From a virus (lineage: Duplodnaviria > Caudoviricetes), in IMG/VR virus record IMGVR_UViG_3300046167_000798: 64,000 nt of DNA. One strand, 5' to 3'. The position numbers and the translations under genes are program-made. A model generated the notes under the pieces. That model was not told where the DNA came from. It made no database searches and worked only from the letters and a program-made list of their open reading frames with translations. Shown here in pieces: positions 40,222-51,708 of the stretch; position 1 is the first letter of the stretch; each line of letters opens with the position of its first letter.

Positions 40222-40988
40222 CTTTGTAGAATTGTTAGACCTGTTGATGCTGGTTTAGATTTAAATATACCATTATTAAAAAAGTTGAAAATTTCCCAAT
40301 CACTATCATCACTCAGTTCTTTTATTAATTTAGAAGGGCCGTTGGTTATTTCTTGATGGTCATCTTTTTTTATTTCATCTGTAACTATTAATTCTTTTTC
40401 AAATGATTCATCTGTATCGTGTATTGATATAATACCATTTGGTGAAAGTAGTTTAGAATATAAATCAAAATCTTGTTTTACATCTTTATAAGTATGTCCA
40501 GCATCTATATGTAAATAATCAATTTTAATATCTTCTTTAACGAAAAAGTTATAATATGCATTTTCAGTTGTTTCTAAAATTACTCTTGGAAAAAATGTTT
40601 TTCTAAAAAATGAATCCTCATTAATCCAATCAGTATTACCACCAACTCCATTAGAAGCATCTACTAAGTAAGTTGCTCCTATATCTCCCCAATTATAATC
40701 TCGGTTACCTTCAAATATTTGTGAATCATATAAATCAACTCTTGCCTGTGTCATTATTCTTGGAATAAATCCACCACCACTTCCTAAACATACACATACT
40801 TTTGCTCTCATGTAATGTATAATAGAATATATTAACAACCCATCACCCAAAGATAAATCAGTTGCACCATGTGTCCATCTATATGGAACTTTTTTTAGTT
40901 CAATATATTCCTTTTCATTAGTGTCGTATTCTTTAGATTGATTGTGTGTAAAAAAATCTTTTATAAAGTCAAGATTTAGAAGTGTCAT
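40209..40988 (-). CDS. Class I SAM-dependent methyltransferase (Methyltransf_24-like)
   Basis: VCLGSGGG, IDYLHIDAGHTY, ISIHDT. Confidence 0.85.
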   Translation of the reverse strand: MTLLNLDFIKDFFTHNQSKEYDTNEKEYIELKKVPYRWTHGATDLSLGDGLLIYSIIHYMRAKVCVCLGSGGGFIPRIMTQARVDLYDSQIFEGNRDYNWGDIGATYLVDASNGVGGNTDWINEDSFFRKTFFPRVILETTENAYYNFFVKEDIKIDYLHIDAGHTYKDVKQDFDLYSKLLSPNGIISIHDTDESFEKELIVTDEIKKDDHQEITNGPSKLIKELSDDSDWEIFNFFNNGIFKSKPASTGLTILQRCKK

Positions 40989-41001
40989 ATCTTTAGTATA
41001 T

Positions 41002-41011
41002 ATATAAATAT
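41002..41011 (-). promoter_or_regulatory. ATATTTATAT motif, putative late promoter
   Basis: Exact 10-mer 13 nt upstream of ATG 40988. Confidence 0.55.
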
Positions 41012-41018
41012 ATAGTTA

Positions 41019-42215
41019 TTATCTTTCCAATAATTTTTTTACAGCAGTTACCCACTTATCTTTATAATCATATCTCATCATATAGGATTTTATTTTATTA
41101 AATTCAAATAATCTTTCTTCGTGTGTATCAAATAATATTTTTTTATAAGCTTTATCAAACTCATTTTTAGTTGATGCTCTATATTTGTAATCTAATTCTT
41201 TTCCCCAATCTGTGTGTATTATTGGCAATTTACCGAAATCAACTGCCTGAAAAATAGAATATCCAAATGGTTCTTTAAAATAAGCTCCATGAAATATTCC
41301 AAAATCTTTTTTCATAAAAGTAGTATGAATACCAGGATTCCATTGAAAAAATTTTGTATTGGGGAAAGTATAAGTTGTTGAATCTTTTAAATTTTGAAAA
41401 TCATAGTAATCAGTTAATACATATCCCTCATATCCATGCATCCAATGAATACACTTTCTTGATTCACATCTTGATGCAAATCCTATCTTACCATTATCCA
41501 TATCTGTATTTAAAGAGAGGTTGTGTTTAAATTCATAATAATTTGGTACTTTGTAAGTATAATTTGGAAACCTATCTACAATCTTAGATGGATTATTTCC
41601 AATCCAAACTCTTTCTTTAAATGTTTCAAAGTAATCATCACAAAATTTCTCATCTACTTCTGTATTGAATTGTAACCTTTTTAATTCAGGATATTCATCT
41701 AATACTTCTTTCATTTCAGTTGGATATGCATGTACAAAACATAATTCAAATTTATCTTCATGTTTCCATATATGTTCTCTTTTGTGATAATGAGAGTGTA
41801 ACGAGTATATATAATCACAATCAACCAACCACTCCTCTGTTATATCTACATCATCAAAATGAAAATGATATTCTAATCCTTCAGGTAAAGAAGATGGATT
41901 AAAATTAGGTGGTCTTTTAGAATCTATTAATAGTTTCCATTTATTTCTACCTTTTAATTTAGTCCATACATTTTGTAAAAAATTATTTACCCAAATATCA
42001 GCACCACCCTTTATTGTATTTCCCGCTCCGGTACATACTAATATTTTTTTAGTAGTTTCTTTTTTATTTTTTACAGGAACAATATGTGAATTTTCTGGTA
42101 ATTCTCTATTGATTATAGAAAGTATTTCTTCTAAATTTATAATATCCCCCATATCGGTAAGATAATTAAATAACCTTTTTTTAATATTTTTTGCTGGAAC
42201 ACCTTTTATTATCAT
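41019..42215 (-). CDS. GT-B (GT4-like) glycosyltransferase
   Basis: GGADIWV near the N-terminus; EPFGYSIFQAVDFGKLPII (E-x7-[E/Q] motif). Confidence 0.7.
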   Translation of the reverse strand: MIIKGVPAKNIKKRLFNYLTDMGDIINLEEILSIINRELPENSHIVPVKNKKETTKKILVCTGAGNTIKGGADIWVNNFLQNVWTKLKGRNKWKLLIDSKRPPNFNPSSLPEGLEYHFHFDDVDITEEWLVDCDYIYSLHSHYHKREHIWKHEDKFELCFVHAYPTEMKEVLDEYPELKRLQFNTEVDEKFCDDYFETFKERVWIGNNPSKIVDRFPNYTYKVPNYYEFKHNLSLNTDMDNGKIGFASRCESRKCIHWMHGYEGYVLTDYYDFQNLKDSTTYTFPNTKFFQWNPGIHTTFMKKDFGIFHGAYFKEPFGYSIFQAVDFGKLPIIHTDWGKELDYKYRASTKNEFDKAYKKILFDTHEERLFEFNKIKSYMMRYDYKDKWVTAVKKLLER

Positions 42216-42216
42216 A

Positions 42217-42444
42217 TCAGTCTTTATTTACATTTCGTATCTCTTGACCATCATAGTACATTTTAATTGATTTTACATATCTTTTAAGTTCACTATTATT
42301 TTTATTAAATACAACTATATACTCATGAATGTAATTATCAATATCATTTTGAATTTCAATATTATGAAAATCTTTTTCATTTGTTAAAGTTTGTTCTACT
42401 TTATGACCAAGAGAACACTCTACTATCATTTTTAGTTCTGTCAT
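42217..42444 (-). CDS. Hypothetical protein (75 aa)
   Basis: Fills the gap between co-oriented genes. Confidence 0.55.
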   Translation of the reverse strand: MTELKMIVECSLGHKVEQTLTNEKDFHNIEIQNDIDNYIHEYIVVFNKNNSELKRYVKSIKMYYDGQEIRNVNKD

Positions 42445-42448
42445 TTTA

Positions 42449-42922
42449 TTATGGTTTAGTTGGCCAGGTTATATTAAATGGGTCTGGTTGATTTGTTATA
42501 TCTCTTAGTGATTGTCTATATGTACTCCATTCCTCACTAAGTGTTGGTGTATCCTGTAATGCCATATAATCGGTTTCTGAAAGAAGTTTATCTCTTTTTT
42601 CTCTTAAGTAATCCCACCTACTTTCATTAACCTGTGCAATTTCTTCTGCAGTAAGGTCTACAACAGAGTATGTTCTAACATATACAGAACCACTTTGTGT
42701 TGGTGTTACTTCTATAACATCTTGATATTCACTACAAGATGGATATGAATTTGAATCAACTACACAATAAATACTTGAGGATATTAAGCTTTCAGTAGTT
42801 TCATCATCAAACGAGTATAAATTATCAAATGTACTAGGATTATTCGCAATATATTCACCTATATCGTAAGGATAAATTACATCTGAGCCTGATACTTTTA
42901 AAAAAATATTATTTATTTCCAT
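42449..42922 (-). CDS. Phage tail fibre assembly chaperone
   Basis: C-terminal W..LREKRDKLLSETDY..W.TYRQSLRDIT..WPTKP; directly downstream of the fibre gene. Confidence 0.85.
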   Translation of the reverse strand: MEINNIFLKVSGSDVIYPYDIGEYIANNPSTFDNLYSFDDETTESLISSSIYCVVDSNSYPSCSEYQDVIEVTPTQSGSVYVRTYSVVDLTAEEIAQVNESRWDYLREKRDKLLSETDYMALQDTPTLSEEWSTYRQSLRDITNQPDPFNITWPTKP

Positions 42923-42944
42923 TATTACTTTTTATATTATATTA

Positions 42945-45900
42945 TTACCATGAGTTTCTACCACCATCATCATGTCCTACTATAATCCAACCACCTTCAC
43001 AATTTTTGGTAGTATTCCCATTCCTAAGAGTTTGTTTATTAAAGATAAATTGAACACAATGTCCACCACTTAAGGTGTACCATCCGTTATTATCTCCTTC
43101 TCCTGATAACCCTTCTATATATGCATTTCTACCATGGTTAGTGTTGAATATATAGACTACCGTACCATCAGCTATATCTTCAACATCATAAATATCAGTA
43201 CTGTATTGATAATTTCGTGCTGCTTTTGGAACAGAACTATCATTACTTCCGTTAGTAAATTGTCTATGTGGAAGTGCATAGTACTGACTTGAAGCTGAAG
43301 AACCAGGAGATAATGTAAAGAATGCACCTTTCATTGGATTTATATATGATGGACTAGTTGAACTCCCACCACTTGATGGAATACTATATCTCCTCATTTC
43401 AGGTCCACTGTAAAGTTGAGGTCTTGCCAGTCCATAAAATGCACTACTTCCTCCATAATCTTGGCCTAAGATAGTACGGCCATAGAAATTAGCTCTACCA
43501 GTTGATGTAATTGTTGAATCATCTTTATCATCTTGATTAAGAGAAACTGTTCCTCCCTCTACTTGTAAAAGTGTAGAGGTATAACTACCAGGTGATACTC
43601 TATTAATTTTTACATACTGGTCTGAGTTTGTTACGGCCTGGAATCCCCCACCTGATAATTCTACAAAGTTTGATGGTTGTGCAAGTGTAAATGATTCATC
43701 AAACCCACTAACTGCTTCTGCACGTTGTGTGGAATTTTGAACATATGTAGTGGTGGAGTTAGTACTAGTTCCATCTAATAAGTATTTTGTTCCTGTTCTT
43801 GCCAGAACTTTTGATTTATGTATAAATCTATAATCTCCTGTACTTGTAATATTAATAGTAGAAGTAATTGGTGTGGCAGAAGCATAATGATAACTGTTAG
43901 CAGATGTAGTATATCCTGAAACTGTTTGCCAGTCATAATTATTTGAATTTCCGGTTGCCGTATAATAAGTACCTATTGTTGTTGCACCTCGTGAGTACGC
44001 ATATCCTAATTGAATCTCAGAAACCGTATCCCATGTACCTGAATTATCTTTCTGAAGACATAAATAAACGTAATGGTAAGTATATGCCGCAGATGCATAA
44101 GATTGATAATTGTAAGTAGGATATGGTGGAACTAGGTTTCCAAATGGACTTCCTGTTGTTACTGAAACACTCGGTGGGCTGGTATTTAATGTCCAAGTTG
44201 GCATAGTTGTCCCACCACTATATAAATCAGATAATTGATACTCACCTGTTGTGGAAATTGTTATATCAGTACTATCTGGTGTACTAAAAGCTGTTGCTTC
44301 CCCTTGTGCACCTGTTCCACTATTTGAAGATACATACGATGTAGCGGGTATTGAAGAACCAGGTTGATTACTATTGTAACTAGCAATGTAAATATTTCCT
44401 GCACCAGCTGAAGTTAAAGTATCATCTGCATTAATTTGTGCTTTAAGTTCATTACTTGAATTAAATAATTGAATCTTCTTAGATGTTGGATTTAAAATAA
44501 TTCTACTATCAACATCTCGAAGTTTACCTTCATTTTCAACAGTATCAACAACCCAGCTACCAAGAATTCCACTTTGTATATTAAATGAACCTGAAATGTT
44601 TGCATCTTGTGCTGACATGTTTCCATCTGAATCTACATGGAATTTAGGATTTCCTTCTGTTGGTACACTTAATGTACCACCAATTACAGAACCACCTGAT
44701 AGAGTTCCTGTAAATGTACCACTACCATTAACAATCAATTCATCTGCAGAAGCATCCCAAGTAAGTGCACCTCCTGTTCCTCCAAGGAAAAAATCACCAT
44801 TATTGGCCATGTAGGTTGTAAAATTACTACCATCATGATATCCTACAAATTGTGAAGTTAAATTTAATCCTGCAGCGGCTGTATTTGTTGCCAAAGCAAA
44901 TGCATTTGCACCACTTCCACCAAATGCATAAGATGTTGGATTTTCCAAACCACCTGTTGTTGCATTAATTGCATTTACACCACTTTGTGCATTACTAACC
45001 GCGGTATTTAATGAACCGGTTGCAGTATTTAATGAACTTACACTACTATTTAATGAACCTGTTGCACTGTTAAGAGAATTTAATTGATTTGCAGTTTGAC
45101 CTCCTGTTATATTAATAGTACCTGTTACAGTTAATTTTGCTTCAGAAGCATCCCAAGTAAGTGCTCCAGATGTTCCACCAAGGTAAAAATCACCACCACT
45201 ATCCATGTAAGTTGTGAAATCACTACCATCATGGTATCCCATATATTGTGAAGTTAAATTTAATCCTGCGGTGGCTGTATTTGTTGCTAGTGTAAATCCA
45301 TTCCCACCAAATGCATAAGAACTTGGATTTTCTAAACCACCTGTTGTTGCATTAATTGAATCTACACCACCTTGTGCATTAGTTACGGCGGTATTTAATG
45401 AACCGGTTGCAGTATTTAGTTCTCCTAAACTAGCTTCAAGTCCTTGGCCAGAGGTTAATGTTATTGCTCCTTTTATATCTAATGTCGAACCATTCCATTT
45501 TAAATGATTTGAACCACCTTTTAAAGATAATCTGTAACTTGGAGTTCCACTATTATCATGGTTACCTATAAAAATACCATCTACATCATATCCTTGGTTT
45601 CCTGCAGTACTACTTTGTCCTATTGAAATGTATGGATTATTAGTACCACCTGCTAAAGTAATATTAGCTGCAGAAATACCTCCACTATTGTTACTACCAA
45701 CATTTAATGTATTTTGAACAAATGAATCTTCAAACAATCCTATCTTTGCTGCCACAAAGAAATCTTGTGTTCCTAAACTTTCCCATTTATTTGCACTTGA
45801 TTGATGAGGTGCACCATTAGCAACATTACCAGTAGCAGAAGTATGACTTGATTTAACTGCATAATATTCATCATATGGTGCGTTACCACTTGATGACCAA

Positions 45901-48900
45901 AGTACTACATCTCTTCTTCCACTTGCTCCAGTCGAAAACTGATATGCTCGGCTATCTTCCCAAACTCCTGTAAATACTACACCTGGTCCATTTGTTCCAA
46001 CAACGGCGGTTGTGACTGGGTGATTAAATTGTTTACTACCAGCATTACCTGAACCATCCTTATAATCAATAGTATATGTTGTTGTAAGTCCACCTGGATT
46101 ACTTGCTGAAGAAGGTTGTGATGGTGTTAAAACTCCTGCTGAAGCTTCTGAACCATTTGTTATACTTGAGTTGATTTTAAATTGTGAATTTGATAATGTT
46201 GCACTACTAAGTACCGCGGTTAATGCCGAACCAGTTTCTTGAGCAGTTATGGTAATATTAGATACACTATCAAAAGTATCTCCATTATTTACATCTCTTA
46301 TAAGATTTTGAGTAAATAAACTTGGAGTTATATCTACTGCATTTGCACCATCTTGTCCAACAGTACCATCTTCACCTTGAATTGATTTTGTTAATGTTTG
46401 AGTAGTTGTTAAACTAAAAGCCGTTCCATCTAATCTTTGACCCGATATTGTATATGTTATAGTTGCCTGATTTGCAGTGAAAGCACTATGGTTACCAATT
46501 ACACAAGTTGTTGTATCTAGTCCTTGACTTGCAGTTCCTTCAGTTAATCCACTTTCATTAGAAATAGAAACACCATATTTTCCTGCAGATACAGTACCAG
46601 TTGTAAATGTTAAAGCAGTTACTCCTTCAAACACTTTAATGTTTGTACCACTTCCTGCAAAAGAAGTTGGTGTTCCACTAGGATTACAAGTAAAAGAATG
46701 ATTTGAATTATCATTAGATACTTGAATACTATCTAAACCTTCTTTTGATTTAGTTAAAGTTTGTACACTTGTTAGTGAAATTGCATCACCATTTAATCTT
46801 TTACCAGTTATTGTATATGTTATAGCTACTGTATCTGTACCATCAACCATTGCAGAATGAACACCAACCACTGCATCATTTGTTGAATCAGTTATAGTAC
46901 CAACTGTAATTGTTGAAGTGGGTGATTGTGAAGTTGCAACTGTCCAATGACCAGCAGTTGAACCATCATTATCATAATCTAATTGAGTTGCTCCTTCAAA
47001 TAAAGAAAGTGTAGTTCCACTATTTGCATAATCTAAAACTTCTCCACTTGAAGATGCTGGTAATGTATGTGATGGATTTGAACTAATAAGTGTTAATCCA
47101 TCTGTTCCTTCTTTTACTCTTACAATTCTTACTTCATCAGTAAAATCACCATCTTCACTAGCAGTTACAGAAAGTACAACTGAGGTATTTGAACCAAAGT
47201 TTGTTGCTGATAATGCTCTTGAATCACCTGTACCAGTTAGGGTTACCGAAGGGTCTGTATTGAATGTAGAGGAACCTGATATATTTTGTCTTATTGCAGT
47301 AAATGAAATTGATGATGGGGTTACTGTTCCATCTAATGCTTCAACAAATACTTGTGCATCATTTGTTAATCTTACACTTCGTGCATTTGTTCCATCTCTA
47401 CCATCCGATACTATAAAGAATGTTTCAGATACAGATGTTGTTTTACTTGTATTTGGGTCAACGAAAGTAGCATTAACAGTTAAGTCTTTTGTAGTTGTTG
47501 CAGTTGAAGAACCTAATGTAATACTTCCACCATCCCCATCGTTTGCAGTTAAGGTTATTTCTGAATCTCCTGTTGCGGTACTAATCTTCATTTTATCAAC
47601 AGTACCATTAAAACTTGGAGTAATCAATGCACTCTTTTGATACTCAGTTCCATTTGAATCAAAGAAAGAAGCAGTTAATGGTAAAGTTGCTGGTGTAAAT
47701 GAATTAGTAAGTCCTCTATTTGTATGTAATGAATTTGCTAAGAATGTTCCTCCACCTAAACCATCAGTTACATCTAATAAAGCAATAGTATCTAATAATG
47801 TACCATCATCTTCTTTAAGTGAAATTAATTTTGAACCACTTATTGCAGTATTAGCAAATACAGGATTATAAGTTACACCATTTCCACCATCACTAATACC
47901 GGTCATACTTGTAGTTAGTAAAGTACTTCCACTATAAAGTTGTGCATCTCCTTGAGCAGAACCACTTACATCAAATGAACCTGTACCATCCAATCTTACT
48001 ACTTGTAGTTGTAACGTACCTTGGTTATTTTTTATTTGTGTTCCATTTATTGGTTTAATGATAAATCGTGGTCTTGTATCAAGGCCTGGTTTTGTAAATA
48101 TTAAACTTTCTTGGTCACTATCTAGTTCATTATTTAAATTAACATTATTATCAGATACTCCTACTCTAAAAGTAAATGGAGTACTTGGAATTGTAGTTGG
48201 TGCAGTAAATACTCTACTCGTATGTTGTGAACCAGTTGAATCGTTAAAAGTAGTATCATCGACAAAACTACTATCTCCTCCTGTAAATTTGTAGTATGGG
48301 TCATTTATAGTAGATGAACCTGAAGCAATTAATGTTACTGTTGATGGAGTTGGGTTTGTTCCATCTGCATTATATTGTATAGTATTAGGACTTATAAGTA
48401 ATGTAACACTACGAGCATTTGTTCCATCAACACCAACTTTAGATACACTTACATCAAATCTTACTAATTTATTTTGTACTAATGTTCCTTCGGAATTTAC
48501 ATAATCAATTGATGCACTACCAATTGTTCCATTATATCCATCGTGAGTACCATATGTTGGTGTAATTATTTCATTAGAATTTGAACCTGAACTTACTGAG
48601 TTGATTTCAAATTTATAAGCTTCACTCAATCCTCCACTTAAACCACTTTGATAACTATATTCAGTCCCCACCTTCTTGTACCACAACTTCTATTGTTTGT
48701 GGAACTTCATATCCACTTGAACCAGAGTTTATTGTTTGAGAAGTTGGTGATGTTTTTGTTAAAACATTTGGTACTGCCTTTTTTGATTTTGTATAAGATA
48801 CAACCTTTTCAAATGATTGTGATGTTGTATTATCACCTGCAAGATATTCAATATTTAATGTTAACGAACCACTATCTTTACTAGTTTGAAATGCAGATAT

Positions 48901-51465
48901 AGAATAGTTAGAAGTATTTGGAGATGTATCAGTTGGTGTTACATTTGTACCACTAATTGTTTTTATATCAAATGTGTTTCTATTTCGTGAATTATCTGAA
49001 TCATAATCATCATGTGTAATTTGATTAGAACCAATAAACATCTGTACCGAACCACTTGATGCTGCAAATCCTCCAAGTATTTCACCAGTCGAGTTAGCTG
49101 GGAATGAGGTTGTTTCATTTGAAAGTACAAGTGAAACTGCATCAAAATTAACTACCTTGGATAATGTAATTTCATCGGTTTGGGAATTACCAAATACATC
49201 AGAACCGGTAAATGAATAAGTTACCTCATCAAAATTATTTGATGCAAATGATTGAGAAAACTGAGTTGATGAAATTGTGTATGAATCTATACCATTTACA
49301 GTTTCTACAAAATTAAGAGGAGGTCTATTACTTCCACTATTTACTTCGATTGGTGTTATCAATGAAGCTAAGTTTTTTCTTTGTGCTCTTACAGTTATAC
49401 TCTGTCCACTTGGTTTTGGTGAAAGAGTTGTTGGTTCGTATATAAATTGATTGGCATTAGAAGTTACTATAAGTTGAGGTGCATTATCACCATCTTCTAA
49501 TCTATATACTGTTTCAAATTCTTGAAAGTTTTCCAATGATGCAGTATAAACAACAGAACCAACGAATGGAGTTTCACTATTATCAGTTCTTGAACCAGTA
49601 AAATTATTTATTGTTACTATTGCACCTGCAGGAGTTATTGTTGTTAACTTACCTGGATATTGTGTATAATCACTAGGATTTAAATAATTACCATCAACAT
49701 CAAATGCCGATGAAGCAAATGTTGTAGAACCAGTTAAATTAGAAGTACCTATTTTAAATTGTATTTGTTGTCCTTTTGGATTTTGTACCGAACCACTTGA
49801 AAATCTAAAAGCATTTCTATCTGATTCAAATGTTAAAAGTTTTGTACTTGATGGAAAATCATTTCCACCATCAAATTCTTTTGTTGCAATTACATCAACA
49901 GGTATGTAATTATTATTTACATCATAAAACTCAAATTTGAAATCAAATGTTTCACTTGCAGTTTTTCTAGGAATATCTTGTATAATAGTAAACTCATCTG
50001 GTGAAAATGATGTATCTTGTGCATTTCTTAAAGATACATTTGAAATGTACCAATCAGACCCTTGAACCTCGAATACTAATTTTGCATCTCCAGTATTTTC
50101 TGATATAATATTTTTAGTTAAAGTTTGTTGTGATTGATAAATATCAGAACCACTTATTGATAAAAAATCTTGAGTAAAGTTTGAAGAACTTAAATATGCT
50201 CTTACTTTTTTATTAGAACTATCAACTGAACCACTTACTTTTGTTTTAAAATTTAAAGTATATTCAACATCTTTTGATATTGATATTGATTGAGAAGTTA
50301 TAAGTTCTTGAACACCACTTCCTGCATAATCTATTTTTACTGCTTGTGATAAAACACTTGAGTTGATTGTAGTGGGATGTGAGTTTGATGAAGTTACCCA
50401 ATAATTAGATAAGTTATATGAATCAAATCTACCATAAGATATTTCAGTATCTCTTGTTGTAGTTATATCTCTAAGTAATTCAGTAGATTCTAGTTTAGCT
50501 TCTTGTACAAATTGGAAATCCCCAACAGCGTTTCTTGATTTTCTAAATACCTTAACTCTGGCAACATCACCAACAAATGTTTTTAATTGTGTGATATCAA
50601 TTTTACCAAACGAACCTGTAAGTGCAGATTCACCTATTGTTTGATTTTGAATATCTTGGTATGTAACACTATAAGATTGTGAACTAAAAGATTGTACTAA
50701 ATTATTTGAATCAGTAAATGGAACATCAACCAGTACTTCTCTATCGTTTAAAACTTCTATAATGTTTGGAGAATAATTTAAAGAAGATATTGTTATTGTA
50801 TTTTCATCAACATCTCTATCCCAACTACCACTCGTTCTTTGTAATAAATAAGTAGTACCCGCTCTCCAATTAGAAATATCAAATGATTGAGGAGGATTCA
50901 TTGGGAATCCACTTATTTCTCCTGTTTCAGTTACATTAGTTATACTTTTTGAAAATATTGGTTTTACTAATTCAGTTATACTAACAATAGGTCTTTTGTA
51001 AAACCTTACAATACTTTCATTGTTTAAGTTTTTATTTATATTAAATGATTTTTCCCATTTAACATTGTAAACACCCTTCCATTCATCAGGTACATCTGTA
51101 ATTGCACCATCATTACCAATATATGTTTTTAACTCACCAAGTACTGTAATCTTACCAATACCAATTGGGGTATCTTCATAAACATGAACAGATACTAATT
51201 TTGAGTTACCTTCATAATATTCAGGCACACCACCACCTGGTTCAAAATATACAGGATTTCCCTCTACATCAAGAATTTCTATTTTTATTTCTGTTGATTC
51301 TTTTAAGAATTCAGAACCCTCGATAAGAAATCCATTCTTACCACCGGTAAATGTTTCATTAAATTCTGATATTCTAAAATACTCAGAATTAGGTAAATCA
51401 TCATTTTCAAATACTTGAAAGTTTGTTAAATTTAGAAATGGTGAGAATTTTTTAATTATAGCCAT
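42945..51465 (-). CDS. Giant tail fibre/baseplate-attached adhesin (~2839 aa); split by +1 indel at 48666-48669
   Basis: The 934-aa and 1913-aa ORFs join as ..VVQEGGTEYSYQ.. after deleting one base. S/T/G-rich beta repeats, DGTNA/G.DG linkers and coiled-coil LNTATGS repeats; followed by a chaperone gene. Confidence 0.75.
44749..45420 (-). repeat. Internal tandem duplication (~387-396 nt period) in the fibre gene
   Basis: GCGGTATTTAATGAACCGGTTGCAGTATTT at 45001 and 45388; GAAGCATCCCAAGTAAGTGC at 44749 and 45145. Confidence 0.9.
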
Positions 51466-51486
51466 ATATTGTATCCAATTTACTTT

Positions 51487-51496
51487 ATATAAATAT
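51487..51496 (-). promoter_or_regulatory. ATATTTATAT motif, putative late promoter of the giant fibre gene
   Basis: Exact 10-mer 21 nt upstream of ATG 51465. Confidence 0.6.
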
Positions 51497-51523
51497 ATCG
51501 AATTATTTTTTGTTAATATATAT

Positions 51524-51541
51524 TATATAGAAATCTATATA
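51524..51541. promoter_or_regulatory. Inverted repeat TATATAGA-AA-TCTATATA, candidate operator
   Basis: 8-bp perfect arms ending 2 nt before ATG 51544 of the RHH gene; the AT-rich context weakens significance. Confidence 0.35.
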
Positions 51542-51543
51542 TT

Positions 51544-51708
51544 ATGGGAAAATATACTACAATACAAGTTAAAAGGGAATTATATAAAGAATTACACGAT
51601 TACTGTTGTGAGAATGGTTATTCTAAAAGTGGATTGGTTGAGAGGTTAATTAAACAAAGAATTAGTAAACCTAAACCTACTAATGTACTTAGAGTTTCTA
51701 AAACTTAA
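51544..51708 (+). CDS. Ribbon-helix-helix (CopG/Arc/MetJ-like) DNA-binding protein, 54 aa
   Basis: MGKYTTIQVKRELYKELHDYCCENGYSKSGLVERLIKQ: alternating beta strand, helix, G-x-S turn, helix. Not in ORF track. Confidence 0.7.
   Translation: MGKYTTIQVKRELYKELHDYCCENGYSKSGLVERLIKQRISKPKPTNVLRVSKT

Noticed and set aside
3100-42215. Bacterial O-antigen/capsule locus or giant eukaryotic virus origin
   Set aside because: No Wzx, Wzy, ABC or priming transferase is present. The locus is contiguous and co-oriented with phage fibre, chaperone and baseplate genes, and Shine-Dalgarno sites and overlapping stop/start codons indicate a bacterial virus.
3100-42215. DNA base hypermodification pathway
   Set aside because: No hydroxymethylase, TET/JBP, 7-deazaguanine or modified-dNTP enzyme is recognisable here. 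It is disfavoured but not excluded, as such genes could lie outside the window.
44749-45420. Diversity-generating retroelement TR/VR pair
   Set aside because: Both copies are in frame within one ORF, mismatches are not confined to adenines, an indel is present, and no reverse transcriptase is in the window.
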